Shown here piece after piece: positions 10,149 through 20,043 of a stretch of 64,000 bases of DNA (positions are counted from its first letter, which is position 1; each line of letters starts with the position of its first letter). This stretch comes from Bacillota bacterium (lineage in GTDB: Bacteria > Bacillota > Clostridia > Lachnospirales > Lachnospiraceae). The position numbers were made by a program, and so were the translations under genes. The DNA is taken from positions 32,569 to 96,568 of the forward strand of contig JAEYRK010000053.1 in the NCBI GenBank assembly GCA_023435645.1. The letters run 5' to 3'. The notes beneath the pieces were generated by a model. It searched no databases. It saw only the letters and a list, made by a program, of their open reading frames with translations, and was not told the DNA's origin.

Positions 10149-10212
10149 TATAATGTTCTATTTCATATGTCTATTACATATATAATGTTCAATTTCATAT
10201 GCCTATTACATA
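10149..10212. repeat. Tandem 32-bp duplication (2 copies, 2 mismatches)
   Basis: TATAATGTTCTATTTCATATGTCTATTACATA followed by TATAATGTTCAATTTCATATGCCTATTACATA, lying between PiT and the DUF47 gene. Confidence 0.9.
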
Positions 10213-10236
10213 GCTCCGGGAAGTCAGGACCCTGTC

Positions 10237-11277
10237 CTAAAAAATCCTGATAAAAATCAATGACATTATATAACCGAGGAGCCCACACCCGGGGAAGGTA
10301 AGAATCCAGGCAGCGACCATCTCCTTCACGATGGACCAGTTAACACTGGAGAGGCGCTTGGAGGCACCCACCCCCATGATGGCGGTTGTCTTCGTATGGG
10401 TGGTACTAACCGGAATTCCCCAGGTCGTTGCAGCAAACAGACTGATGGCTGCCGCTGCATCAGCTGAAAAGCCCTGATAGGGGTCCAGCTTTACCATTCC
10501 CATGCCTACTGTTTTTATGATTTTATATCCACCGATCGAGGTACCTAATGCCATGACAACGGAACACAGTACCATAAGCCAGATTGGGATGACATAATCC
10601 GAAGTAACACCTTCTCCGTTCGAAAGGAACATACCTAGCATAAACACGCCCATGAATTTCTGGCCATCCTGAGCACCATGCATGAAGGCCATGGCTGCAC
10701 CACCGGCTACCTGTGCACCCTTAAAAACCTTGTTGGTTTTTCTCCGATCCGCATGCTTAAATAAATATCCGGTAAGTCTTGTGATCAGAAAGCCTAAGCC
10801 AAAGCCTATGATAGTAGAAAGCCCCAGACCATAGATAACCTTGATCCATTCACTACCGTTAATACCCTTTCCTCCCTGCAGAGCGATTGCAGCACCGGTG
10901 ACTCCGGCGATCAATGCGTGGGATTCGCTGGTAGGGATACCGAAGGCCCAAGCTGCAGTGGCCCAAACTACAATGGCGAATAAAGCAGCACAGAGAGCAA
11001 CCAGTGCGTCCTTATCGCTACCAAACTTGACCATCTTTGATATGGTAAAGGCTACTTCCCGGTTTACCATGGTCATTACAAGTACTCCAAGGAAATTGAA
11101 AACAGCAGCCATTATGATTGCCCTTTTCGGACTGATGGACCTGGTCGATACGCAGGTTGCGATCGCATTTGGTGCATCCGTCCAGCCATTCACTAGGATG
11201 ACTCCCATAATAAGTAGGACGGTGATGAAAAGGGTAGGGTTCGAAAATAGCTGCTGCAGAAATTCAGACAAACTCAT
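10237..11277 (-). CDS. pit: Inorganic phosphate transporter, PiT family
   Basis: 346 aa. GWTDAPNAIAT and PVSTTH signature motifs. AGGAGG SD. Confidence 0.92.
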   Translation of the reverse strand: MSLSEFLQQLFSNPTLFITVLLIMGVILVNGWTDAPNAIATCVSTRSISPKRAIIMAAVFNFLGVLVMTMVNREVAFTISKMVKFGSDKDALVALCAALFAIVVWATAAWAFGIPTSESHALIAGVTGAAIALQGGKGINGSEWIKVIYGLGLSTIIGFGLGFLITRLTGYLFKHADRRKTNKVFKGAQVAGGAAMAFMHGAQDGQKFMGVFMLGMFLSNGEGVTSDYVIPIWLMVLCSVVMALGTSIGGYKIIKTVGMGMVKLDPYQGFSADAAAAISLFAATTWGIPVSTTHTKTTAIMGVGASKRLSSVNWSIVKEMVAAWILTFPGCGLLGYIMSLIFIRIF

Positions 11278-11453
11278 TTTAACGCCTCCTAAAGAATAAA
11301 AATGATTTTGTTGCTATATTTTGCTCATACATTTGAATATTATCATGTAATTAAAATAGAAGCAATGAAATTTTAAATAAGTATAGTATTTGATGTGATT
11401 TTTTTGTCATTTCGGCTTCTGGGAATCAATGCAAAAATAATTTCATTTTTACA

Positions 11454-11482
11454 TTGATTTTTATATGGAAATCCTTTATGAT
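11454..11482 (+). promoter_or_regulatory. Candidate sigma-A promoter for ilvD
   Basis: TTGATT (11454-59), 17-nt spacer, TATGAT (11477-82). Confidence 0.4.
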
Positions 11483-11589
11483 ATACTGTACTACATTAAA
11501 GCAGTAAAAAACAACATAAAATGCCGTATTTCAAGCCAAGTAGGTCATTATGGCATGGATGCATTATAATAAGGAAAAGGTGGTTAAGG

Positions 11590-13263
11590 ATGAGAAGTGA
11601 CGCAGTAAAATCAGGGATACAGCAAGCACCCCATCGATCGTTATTTAACGCCCTGGGGTTTACAAAGGAAGAATTACATAAGCCACTGGTGGGTATTGTA
11701 AGTTCTTATAATGAAATTGTTCCCGGGCATATGAATCTGGATAAAATAGTGGATGCCGTTAAGCTGGGTGTAGCTATGGCCGGCGGAACACCGATCGTTT
11801 TCCCTGCAATTGCCGTCTGTGATGGAATCGCCATGGGACATCAGGGAATGAAGTACTCCCTTGTAACCAGGGATCTGATCGCAGACTCCACCGAAGCCAT
11901 GGCTATGGCTCACCAATTTGATGCATTGGTCATGGTACCGAACTGCGACAAGAACGTACCGGGTCTTCTGATGGCGGCAGCCAGACTGAATATACCGACC
12001 ATCTTCGTCAGCGGAGGACCGATGTTGGCGGGAAGGGTGAACGGCAGTAAGACCAGCTTATCCAGCCTGTTTGAAGCGGTAGGCGCCTACAGTGCAGGAA
12101 AGCTGACTGAGGAAGAGGTAGAGGAATATGAAAATAAGGCCTGTGCAACCTGTGGCTCCTGTTCCGGAATGTATACAGCGAACTCCATGAACTGCCTGAC
12201 CGAGGTCATCGGTATGGGTCTGAAGGGGAACGGAACCATTCCCGCAGTATACTCAGAGAGAATCCGTCTCGCTAAGCATGCAGGCATGAAGATTATGGAG
12301 CTTTATGAGAAGAACATCTGCCCGCGGGATATAATGACTGAGAAAGCCTTCCTCAATGCATTAACCGTCGATATGGCACTTGGCTGCTCCACGAATACGA
12401 TGCTACACCTCCCGGCGATTGCCCATGAGGTAGGCTTTGATTTAAATATTGATATTGCAAACGAAGTAAGTGCGAGGACTCCGAATCTGTGTCACCTGGC
12501 ACCGGCCGGGCACACCTATATGGAGGATCTGAATGAGGCAGGTGGAGTCTATGCAGTGATGAATGAACTTAATAAGAAGGGACTCCTGTACACAGATCTG
12601 ATCACAGTCACCGGTAAGACGGTGGGAGAGAATATTAAAAACTGTGTCAACCTGAACGAGGAAGTCATCCGACCGATTGATCGTCCCTACAGTGAAAGCG
12701 GCGGTATTGCCATACTAAAGGGCAACCTGGCTCCGGATTCCGGTGTGGTTAAGCGTTCTGCTGTGGATCCCTCCATGATGAAATTCGAAGGACCGGCCAG
12801 GGTATTCGATTGTGAGGAGGATGCCATTGAAGCAATTAAAGGCGGAAAGATCAATCCCGGAGATGTAGTCGTCATCCGTTATGAAGGCCCGAAGGGCGGA
12901 CCCGGCATGAGAGAGATGTTGAATCCGACCAGTGCAATCATGGGTATGGGACTTGGGTCCTCCGTAGCTTTGATTACAGACGGACGTTTCTCAGGAGCCT
13001 CCAGGGGAGCCTGTATTGGTCATGTATCACCGGAAGCAGCAGTCGGGGGCAATATTGCTCTGGTAGAGGAAGGGGATGTCATTCGGATTGATATCAATCA
13101 GAATTCCTTGAATTTTGATATAAGTGAGGAGGAGCTGGCAGCCAGAAGAGCGAAATGGCAGCCCCGCGAGCCCAAGATCACAACCGGGTACCTATCCCGT
13201 TATGTAGCCATGGTAACCTCCGGTAACCGTGGTGCCATTCTTGAAGTACCTGGAGTGAAATAA
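11590..13263 (+). CDS. ilvD: Dihydroxy-acid dehydratase
   Basis: [19 protein letters not shown]-terminus, CDKNVPG and TDGRFSG motifs. ATG 11590 follows AAGGTGG. The in-frame 11521 start has no SD. Confidence 0.95.
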   Translation: MRSDAVKSGIQQAPHRSLFNALGFTKEELHKPLVGIVSSYNEIVPGHMNLDKIVDAVKLGVAMAGGTPIVFPAIAVCDGIAMGHQGMKYSLVTRDLIADSTEAMAMAHQFDALVMVPNCDKNVPGLLMAAARLNIPTIFVSGGPMLAGRVNGSKTSLSSLFEAVGAYSAGKLTEEEVEEYENKACATCGSCSGMYTANSMNCLTEVIGMGLKGNGTIPAVYSERIRLAKHAGMKIMELYEKNICPRDIMTEKAFLNALTVDMALGCSTNTMLHLPAIAHEVGFDLNIDIANEVSARTPNLCHLAPAGHTYMEDLNEAGGVYAVMNELNKKGLLYTDLITVTGKTVGENIKNCVNLNEEVIRPIDRPYSESGGIAILKGNLAPDSGVVKRSAVDPSMMKFEGPARVFDCEEDAIEAIKGGKINPGDVVVIRYEGPKGGPGMREMLNPTSAIMGMGLGSSVALITDGRFSGASRGACIGHVSPEAAVGGNIALVEEGDVIRIDINQNSLNFDISEEELAARRAKWQPREPKITTGYLSRYVAMVTSGNRGAILEVPGVK

Positions 13264-13400
13264 AGGGAACAAGGATGGAACACATCATGCTTAGGATCGA
13301 TATTTGCAAGACAAATAAAAGCAGACAGCTTCGTAGCATAGTATGCGGTAAGCAAAAATTGTACCTCTAAGAGCTGCCTGCCGATAGAATGGAGGTTATT

Positions 13401-15083
13401 ATGGAATTAACAGGATCGCAGATTGTAATTGAATGCTTGAAGGAACAAGGTGTTGATACCGTCTTTGGATATCCCGGAGGTGCCATCCTTAATATTTATG
13501 ATGAGATATACAAGCATAGTCATGAAATTAAGCACATTCTTACCTCACATGAACAAGGAGCTGCCCATGCAGCGGATGGATATGCCAGAGCGACAGGGAA
13601 GGTAGGGGTCTGCTTTGCAACTTCAGGACCCGGAGCCACGAATCTGGTTACCGGAATAGCAACTGCCTATATGGACAGTGTACCGGTCGTAGCGATTACA
13701 GTGAATGTGGCTGTTAATCTGTTAGGTAAGGACACCTTCCAGGAGATCGATATCGCAGGTGTTACGATGCCGATCACTAAGCATAACTACATTGTTAAGG
13801 ATATAACGAAGCTGGCAGATACCATCAGGAAGGCATTCCGTATCGCCAGATCCGGCAGGCCGGGACCGGTACTGGTGGATATCACAAAGGATGTGACTGC
13901 TCCGACTACGAAGGCGGAATATCTTCCGAAAACACCGGAGCCGGTCAAGAGAATGACGGAGAATATCACCGAAGAGGATATCAACAGTGCAGTCCAGATG
14001 ATACGTCATTCGAAAAAGCCCTTCCTCTTTGTAGGAGGCGGCGCTGTTATCTCCGAGGCTCATGATGAGCTGAAGGAATTTGTGGATAAGGTGGATGCAC
14101 CGGTAGCGGATACGCTGATGGGCAAGGGAGCATTCGATGGAACAGATTCAAGATATACCGGTATGCTCGGCATGCATGGAACAAAGGCCTCCAATCTAGG
14201 AGTTACGGAATGCGACCTTCTGATTACCATAGGGGCCCGTTTCTCGGATCGTGTAACGGGGAATGCGAAGCTATTCGCAAAGCATGCGAAGATATTACAG
14301 ATCGACATAGATCCGGCTGAGATTAATAAGAATGTAACTGCCCACAGCTCCATCATCGGAGATGTGAAGGAGGTACTGGTTAGGCTGAATGCGGCTCTAG
14401 AACAGCAGAACCATAAGGAATGGCTATCCCATGTGATGGGTCTGAAGGAGAAATACCCCTTAAAATATAACCAGGAAATCCTGACCGGTCCATACATACT
14501 TGAGAAGCTATATGAGATTACGAAAGGGGATGCCATTATTACAACAGAGGTTGGTCAGCATCAGATGTGGTCATCGCAATTCTATCAGTATAAGCTGCCA
14601 AGAACCTTTATCACCTCCGGTGGCTTAGGTACCATGGGCTATGGTCTCGGTGCCTGTATCGGAGCGAAGATGGGAAGGCCGGATAAGACAGTGGTTAACA
14701 TCGCAGGTGACGGATGCTTTAGAATGAACATGAATGAGCTGGCTACTGCAACCCGTTATAACATTCCGATCGTAGAGCTTATCTTTAATAACCGTGTACT
14801 TGGGATGGTTAGGCAATGGCAAACCTTATTCTATGGCAAACGATATTCCCACACGAATTTGATTGACAAGGTGGATTTTGTTAAGCTGGCGGATGCTATG
14901 GGTGCGAAGGCTTATCGGATAACGAAGAAGGAAGAAGTGGAAAGCGTTCTGAGGGAAGCGATTGCACTGAATGAACCGGTACTGATTGACTGTATTATTG
15001 ATAGTGATGAGAAGGTATGGCCGATGGTTGCACCGGGGGCAGCAATTGATGAGGTATTCTCAGAGGAGGATATAAAGCTTTAA
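13401..15083 (+). CDS. ilvB: Acetolactate synthase large (catalytic) subunit, ThDP-dependent
   Basis: MELTGSQIVIECLKEQGVDTVFGYPGG, GPGATN and GLGTMGYGL..GDG..MN motifs. GGAGG before ATG 13401. No ilvN follows. Confidence 0.93.
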   Translation: MELTGSQIVIECLKEQGVDTVFGYPGGAILNIYDEIYKHSHEIKHILTSHEQGAAHAADGYARATGKVGVCFATSGPGATNLVTGIATAYMDSVPVVAITVNVAVNLLGKDTFQEIDIAGVTMPITKHNYIVKDITKLADTIRKAFRIARSGRPGPVLVDITKDVTAPTTKAEYLPKTPEPVKRMTENITEEDINSAVQMIRHSKKPFLFVGGGAVISEAHDELKEFVDKVDAPVADTLMGKGAFDGTDSRYTGMLGMHGTKASNLGVTECDLLITIGARFSDRVTGNAKLFAKHAKILQIDIDPAEINKNVTAHSSIIGDVKEVLVRLNAALEQQNHKEWLSHVMGLKEKYPLKYNQEILTGPYILEKLYEITKGDAIITTEVGQHQMWSSQFYQYKLPRTFITSGGLGTMGYGLGACIGAKMGRPDKTVVNIAGDGCFRMNMNELATATRYNIPIVELIFNNRVLGMVRQWQTLFYGKRYSHTNLIDKVDFVKLADAMGAKAYRITKKEEVESVLREAIALNEPVLIDCIIDSDEKVWPMVAPGAAIDEVFSEEDIKL

Positions 15084-15134
15084 AGAGGTGAGAAACCGCA
15101 CAATAACAGAAGGAATTTCATTGATAAACTTGTA

Positions 15135-15163
15135 TTGACAAAAAAATAACATAGTCTTATAAT
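15135..15163 (+). promoter_or_regulatory. Consensus sigma-A promoter for serC-serA
   Basis: TTGACA (15135-40), 17-nt spacer, TATAAT (15158-63). Confidence 0.55.
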
Positions 15164-15232
15164 GAGAGGTATACTTTACTATATTAAAGTCATATAGTGA
15201 TAAGACAGAAGGATCCAAGGGAGGATATGAAT

Positions 15233-16318
15233 ATGGGAAGAATATATAATTTTTCTGCAGGACCGGCGATGTTACCGGTAGAGGTTTTAAAGGAAGCGGC
15301 GGATGAAATGCTCGATTATAGAGGCACCGGTATGTCCGTAATGGAGATGAGTCACAGATCGAAGCCCTATGAAGCCATCATTCAGGAGGCAGAGAAGGAC
15401 CTGAGGGAAGTAATGAATATTCCTGATAACTATAAGGTTCTGTTCCTGCAGGGCGGTGCTTCACAGCAGTTTGCGATGATACCTATGAATCTCATGAAGA
15501 ATAGGGTGGCGGATTATATTGTTACCGGTCAATTCGCAAAGAAGGCTTATCAAGAGGCTCAGATCTTCGGTAAGGTAAACGCTATAGCCTCCTCTCAGGA
15601 CAAGACATTTTCCTATATTCCGGATTGTTCCGATCTTCCTGTTTCTGAGGATGCAGATTATGTATACATATGCGAAAATAATACGATTTTCGGAACGAAG
15701 TTCAAAGCTCTACCGAATACAAAGGGAAAGCCCCTGGTAGCTGACGTGTCCTCCTGCTTCCTGTCGGAGCCGGTGGATGTAACGAAATACGGAATCCTGT
15801 ATGGCGGTGCTCAGAAGAATATCGGTCCCGCCGGTGTGGTCATTGTAATTATCCGTGAGGATCTGATTACGGAGGATACACTGCCCGGCACACCGACCAT
15901 GTTAAAATATAAAACCCATGCCGAGGAGGGCTCCATGTACAATACTCCGCCGGCCTATGGAATCTATATCTGCGGTAAGGTATTCAAATGGATTAAGAAT
16001 ATGGGCGGTCTGGAGGCTATGAAGGCACATAATGAGAAGAAAGCAGCCATCCTCTATGATTTCCTGGATGAGAGCAAGCTCTTTAGGGGAACAGCAGAGA
16101 AGAAGGATCGTTCCCTGATGAATGTTACCTTTGTTACCGGAAGCGAGGAGCTGGATGCGAAATTCGTTAAGGAAGCGAAAGCGGCAGGCTTTGAGAACCT
16201 AAAAGGTCACAGATCCGTTGGCGGTATGAGAGCCAGCATCTATAATGCTATGCCGATTGAGGGTGTGGAGAAGCTCGTTGAGTTCATGAAGAAATTTGAG
16301 ACTGAGAATACAAAATAG
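15233..16318 (+). CDS. serC: Phosphoserine aminotransferase
   Basis: IYNFSAGPAMLP N-terminus and the GAQKNIGPAG PLP-lysine motif. GGGAGG 8 nt before ATG 15233. Confidence 0.95.
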   Translation: MGRIYNFSAGPAMLPVEVLKEAADEMLDYRGTGMSVMEMSHRSKPYEAIIQEAEKDLREVMNIPDNYKVLFLQGGASQQFAMIPMNLMKNRVADYIVTGQFAKKAYQEAQIFGKVNAIASSQDKTFSYIPDCSDLPVSEDADYVYICENNTIFGTKFKALPNTKGKPLVADVSSCFLSEPVDVTKYGILYGGAQKNIGPAGVVIVIIREDLITEDTLPGTPTMLKYKTHAEEGSMYNTPPAYGIYICGKVFKWIKNMGGLEAMKAHNEKKAAILYDFLDESKLFRGTAEKKDRSLMNVTFVTGSEELDAKFVKEAKAAGFENLKGHRSVGGMRASIYNAMPIEGVEKLVEFMKKFETENTK

Positions 16319-16351
16319 TATAATAGGGAAGCTTAGAGGAGGGTTTTTGCT

Positions 16352-17530
16352 ATGAAATACAGCTGTCTGAATCCGATCGCTGACATAGGGATTAATATAT
16401 TTACCAACCAGTATGAGAAAGTAGATCAAGTGAATGATGCAGATGTAATACTGGTAAGAAGTGCAAGTATGCATGAAATGGAGTTCTCTGATAATCTGAA
16501 GGCCATTGCCAGAGCTGGAGCCGGAGTGAATAATATTCCTTTGGAGAAATGTGCAGAGCAGGGTATTGTTGTATTTAATACTCCAGGAGCCAATGCGAAT
16601 GGAGTGAAGGAGCTGGTTATTGCAGGCCTTGTCATGGCTTCCCGTGATATCGTAGGTGGTGTCAATTGGGTGCAGACCATTAAGGAGGAAGCCGGCGTTG
16701 CGAAGCTGGTGGAAAAAGGTAAGGGTAAATTTGCAGGCCGTGAAATTCAGGGCAAGAAGCTTGGTGTTATAGGCCTGGGAGCAATCGGCGTACTGGTGGC
16801 GAATGCAGCAAACCGTCTGGGAATGAAGGTCTATGGCTGCGATCCCTTTATCTCTGTTGACAGTGCATGGAACCTATCCAGAGATGTTGTTCATGTTAAG
16901 ACCAGGGATGAGATCTATAGAGAATGTGATTATATTACAGTCCACACACCCTTGATATCCGACGGGAATCCCGATGTAAATACCAAGGAAATGATTAATA
17001 AGGAATCCATTGCTAAGATGAAGGATGGAGTGATTATCCTGAACTTTGCAAGAGACCTGCTGGTAAAGGATGATGATATTGCGGAAGCTCTGCAGTCCGG
17101 TAAGGTAGCAAGGTATGTGACAGACTTCCCGAATGATAAGACAGCGAAGATGGAGGGAGTAATTGCAATTCCCCATCTGGGAGCTTCCACTGAGGAATCC
17201 GAGGACAATTGTGCAGTTATGGCAGTAAAGCAGCTGATGGATTATATGGAGAACGGCAATATCAGAAACTCTGTAAACTTCCCGAACTGTGATGCAGGAG
17301 TATGCCAAACTCAGGGACGAATTGCAATTCTGCACAAAAATATTCCGAATATGCTGACCCAATTTACGGGTGCCTTCTCTGCCCTAAATATTAACATCTC
17401 CGACATGGTGAATAAGAGCAAGGGTGATTATGCCTATACGGTCCTGGATGTAGAGGCCTCCATCAATGAAGATATTGCAGCGAAGCTTGCTACCATCAAG
17501 GGTGTATTAAATGTTAGAATTGTTAAATAG
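16352..17530 (+). CDS. serA: D-3-phosphoglycerate dehydrogenase with C-terminal ACT domain
   Basis: 2-hydroxyacid dehydrogenase NAD fold (GVIGLGAIG), catalytic HLGAST, and a C-terminal ACT-like segment. Confidence 0.92.
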   Translation: MKYSCLNPIADIGINIFTNQYEKVDQVNDADVILVRSASMHEMEFSDNLKAIARAGAGVNNIPLEKCAEQGIVVFNTPGANANGVKELVIAGLVMASRDIVGGVNWVQTIKEEAGVAKLVEKGKGKFAGREIQGKKLGVIGLGAIGVLVANAANRLGMKVYGCDPFISVDSAWNLSRDVVHVKTRDEIYRECDYITVHTPLISDGNPDVNTKEMINKESIAKMKDGVIILNFARDLLVKDDDIAEALQSGKVARYVTDFPNDKTAKMEGVIAIPHLGASTEESEDNCAVMAVKQLMDYMENGNIRNSVNFPNCDAGVCQTQGRIAILHKNIPNMLTQFTGAFSALNINISDMVNKSKGDYAYTVLDVEASINEDIAAKLATIKGVLNVRIVK

Positions 17531-17564
17531 CCGTAGTTTGAATAGAGTGGATAGGGGATAGAAG

Positions 17565-17612
17565 AAAGAACTGCAGATGGATTGCTGACGTAATTCGTAT
17601 GCAGTTCTTTTT
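17565..17612 (+). terminator. Rho-independent terminator after serA
   Basis: 11-bp stem AAAGAACTGCA / TGCAGTTCTTT followed by TTTTTG. Confidence 0.7.
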
Positions 17613-17850
17613 GTACGAGGGACTGATGGGAACCAGGTTGATCTGAACGGAAGGAAGCCTTGACATGATTAACAGTCTTTTATATAGTAGTAAGGACATC
17701 GCAGGGCAGAGGAAGAGCTATGTCCTAGGTGAAAGAGGTAATATCAGATCAGCTTGAATCTGCCGGTCAGATTCAGGCTTAGCGCAAAAGAATGAAGGAA
17801 CAGTAAGATTCAATCAAGCATATGAAATAGCAGTGTGGAGGTAACTATCT

Positions 17851-19092
17851 ATGGCAGCAATAAAACCGTTCCAATGTATCAGGCCGGAAAGTAAGATGGC
17901 CGAGCGGGTGGCAGCATTACCCTATGATGTTTATAACCGGAAGGAAGCAAAGCAGGAGGTTCTGAGAGAACCCTTCTCCTTTCTGAAAATTGACCGGGCA
18001 GAAACACAATTCCCCGACGAGGTGGATACCTATGATCCAAGGGTGTATGAGAAGGCCAAGGAGTTGCTTGAGGATATGCTCAAGCAGGGGGTTTTGCTGA
18101 AGGATACACAAGAATGCTATTATATCTATCAGGTGACGATGGAAGGAAGATCACAGACAGGAATTGTTGCCTGTGCCTCAATCGATGATTACCTGACGAA
18201 TGTCATTAAAAAGCATGAGAATACCAGGGAAGATAAGGAGATTGACCGCATCAACCATGTGGATCATTGCAATGCCCAGACAGGGCCTATCTTTTTGGCA
18301 TATCGATCCCAAAGGGAGATTGACCAGATCGTGGAGCAGGTGAAGCAGGGGGAATCCCTTTATCATTTTATGGCTGTAGATGGTATCGGACATCTGGTAT
18401 GGAGGATCTCCGACAGGGAACTGGTGGAGAGAATCAGAAAGGCGTTTCAGGCTATTGAAAGTATCTATATCGCTGACGGACACCATAGAGCTGCTTCTGC
18501 TGTGAAGGTTGGTATGAAACGAAGAAGGGAACATCCGAGCTATACCGGAGAGGAGGAATTTAATTACTTCCTATCAGTGCTATTTCCCCACGATCAGCTG
18601 ATGATCATGCCCTATAACAGGGCTGTGAAGGATTTGAACGGCTTGACCCAAGAGGAATTTTTGAGGAGGGTGGGGGAGAACTTCCTGATCACTGCTGCGG
18701 CAGAGGAACCCTTTGCTCCCGGAAGGAAGACAGAGTTTGGCATGTATCTGGAAGGAACCTGGTACAGCCTTCAGGCGAAGGAAGCCCTAAGAAAGCTCAC
18801 GGACCCAGTAAGGGCTCTGGATGTTTCACTCCTTCAGGATTATCTGCTACAACCGATCCTTGGCATTGAAGATCCGAGAACGGATCAGAGGATTGATTTT
18901 ATCGGTGGAATCCGAGGCTTAGGGGAGCTGGAGCGTAGAGTAGAGGAGGATATGAAGGTAGCCTTCTCGATGTACCCCACTTCAATCACAGAGCTGTTTG
19001 ACGTCTCAGACGCAGGGAAGCTGATGCCGCCGAAATCCACCTGGTTTGAACCGAAATTGAGAAGCGGTCTTTTTATTCACTCACTGGAGTGA
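17851..19092 (+). CDS. DUF1015-family protein
   Basis: 413 aa. N-terminus IKPFQCIRP...VAALPYDVY and the IADGHHR motif are typical of DUF1015. GGAGG SD. Confidence 0.85.
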   Translation: MAAIKPFQCIRPESKMAERVAALPYDVYNRKEAKQEVLREPFSFLKIDRAETQFPDEVDTYDPRVYEKAKELLEDMLKQGVLLKDTQECYYIYQVTMEGRSQTGIVACASIDDYLTNVIKKHENTREDKEIDRINHVDHCNAQTGPIFLAYRSQREIDQIVEQVKQGESLYHFMAVDGIGHLVWRISDRELVERIRKAFQAIESIYIADGHHRAASAVKVGMKRRREHPSYTGEEEFNYFLSVLFPHDQLMIMPYNRAVKDLNGLTQEEFLRRVGENFLITAAAEEPFAPGRKTEFGMYLEGTWYSLQAKEALRKLTDPVRALDVSLLQDYLLQPILGIEDPRTDQRIDFIGGIRGLGELERRVEEDMKVAFSMYPTSITELFDVSDAGKLMPPKSTWFEPKLRSGLFIHSLE

Positions 19093-19131
19093 TAGAGACT
19101 ACATACGGATTATTTCCTGAGATGGAAGGTC

Positions 19132-19180
19132 TTGCCTTTCCGTCCCATCTAATGGTATACTGAGTGAGTAATTTTATTAC
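19132..19180 (+). promoter_or_regulatory. Candidate rubrerythrin promoter plus downstream inverted repeat (possible PerR/Fur-family operator)
   Basis: TTGCCT (19132-37), 18-nt spacer, TGgTATACT extended -10 (19153-61). GTAAT-TTT-ATTAC inverted repeat at 19168-80. Confidence 0.4.
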
Positions 19181-19246
19181 GGTAGAAGGTTGAGCGAAAA
19201 TCGCACAGAACATCACGTAGAACATCAAAACAAGGAGGTCATACAT

Positions 19247-19840
19247 ATGGCAAATTTAAGAGGCACAAAGACACTTGAAAATCTGATGAAGGCATTTGCA
19301 GGCGAATCTCAGGCAAGAACAAGATACACCTATTTTGCATCTGTAGCAGGGAAAGAAGGATATAAGCAGATACAAAATATCTTTCTGGAGACAGCAGAGA
19401 ATGAGAAGGAGCACGCTAAGGTATTTATGAAGCTTGCCCTGGAGCACCTGGATGGAGAGAATCCTGCACCGGTGGAAATCAATGCGACCTATCCCTTTGC
19501 CTACGGAGACACGATAGCGAATTTAAAAGCAGCAGCCGCAGGAGAGCATGAGGAATGGGAAGTGGATTATCCTGCCTTTGCACAGATTGCGAAGGAGGAA
19601 GGCTTCCCGAATATTGCATCCAGTTTCCTGTTAATTGCAAAGGTTGAAAAGCATCATGAGGAAAGATATCGCAAGCTGCTAGAGAATATCGAGAATGGAA
19701 CGGTTTTCAAGAAGGACGGCAAGGTATTCTGGAAATGCCTTAACTGCGGATATGTCCATGAAGGTGACAAAGCTCCGGAGCTCTGTCCTGCCTGTAAGCA
19801 TCCGAAGGATTACTTCCAGCTGTTGGATGACTGCTTCTAG
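19247..19840 (+). CDS. rbr: Rubrerythrin
   Basis: Ferritin-like diiron domain (GESQARTRY, EKEHAK, EHEE) plus a C-terminal rubredoxin motif (CLNCGY...CPACKHP). AAGGAGG before ATG 19247. Confidence 0.93.
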   Translation: MANLRGTKTLENLMKAFAGESQARTRYTYFASVAGKEGYKQIQNIFLETAENEKEHAKVFMKLALEHLDGENPAPVEINATYPFAYGDTIANLKAAAAGEHEEWEVDYPAFAQIAKEEGFPNIASSFLLIAKVEKHHEERYRKLLENIENGTVFKKDGKVFWKCLNCGYVHEGDKAPELCPACKHPKDYFQLLDDCF

Positions 19841-19887
19841 GCGATATCCTTGTGTTATTCTGTAATATCAAATGCATTCGATGACAG

Positions 19888-19917
19888 AGGCACCGTTATG
19901 GGTTCATAATGGTGCCT
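19888..19917 (+). terminator. Hairpin after rubrerythrin (weak T-tract)
   Basis: 12-bp stem AGGCACCGTTAT / ATAATGGTGCCT with one G-U pair. Confidence 0.5.
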
Positions 19918-20043
19918 TCCATACTTTCTTAATAATAATTTTACTTTTCTATATGGACAGGATGTGTTAAAATAGGATGACAAGACCGGCTACTATGATC
20001 TAGAAGAAGCAGTCATCAGAATTCGAGATAAGGGAGAATGATT

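Noticed and set aside
11521-11589. Possible branched-chain amino-acid leader peptide ([23 protein letters not shown], with three consecutive Ile codons) upstream of ilvD.
   Set aside because: It is in frame with ilvD with no intervening stop, so it is not a separate leader peptide. The 11521 ATG has no SD, whereas ATG 11590 has one and gives the canonical ilvD N-terminus. No terminator/antiterminator pair follows.
11278-15232. T-box or other known riboswitch leaders upstream of ilvD, ilvB and serC, and likewise upstream of leuB.
   Set aside because: I saw no T-box sequence (GGTGGTACCGCG-like), specifier-loop architecture or terminator/antiterminator pair in these short leaders.
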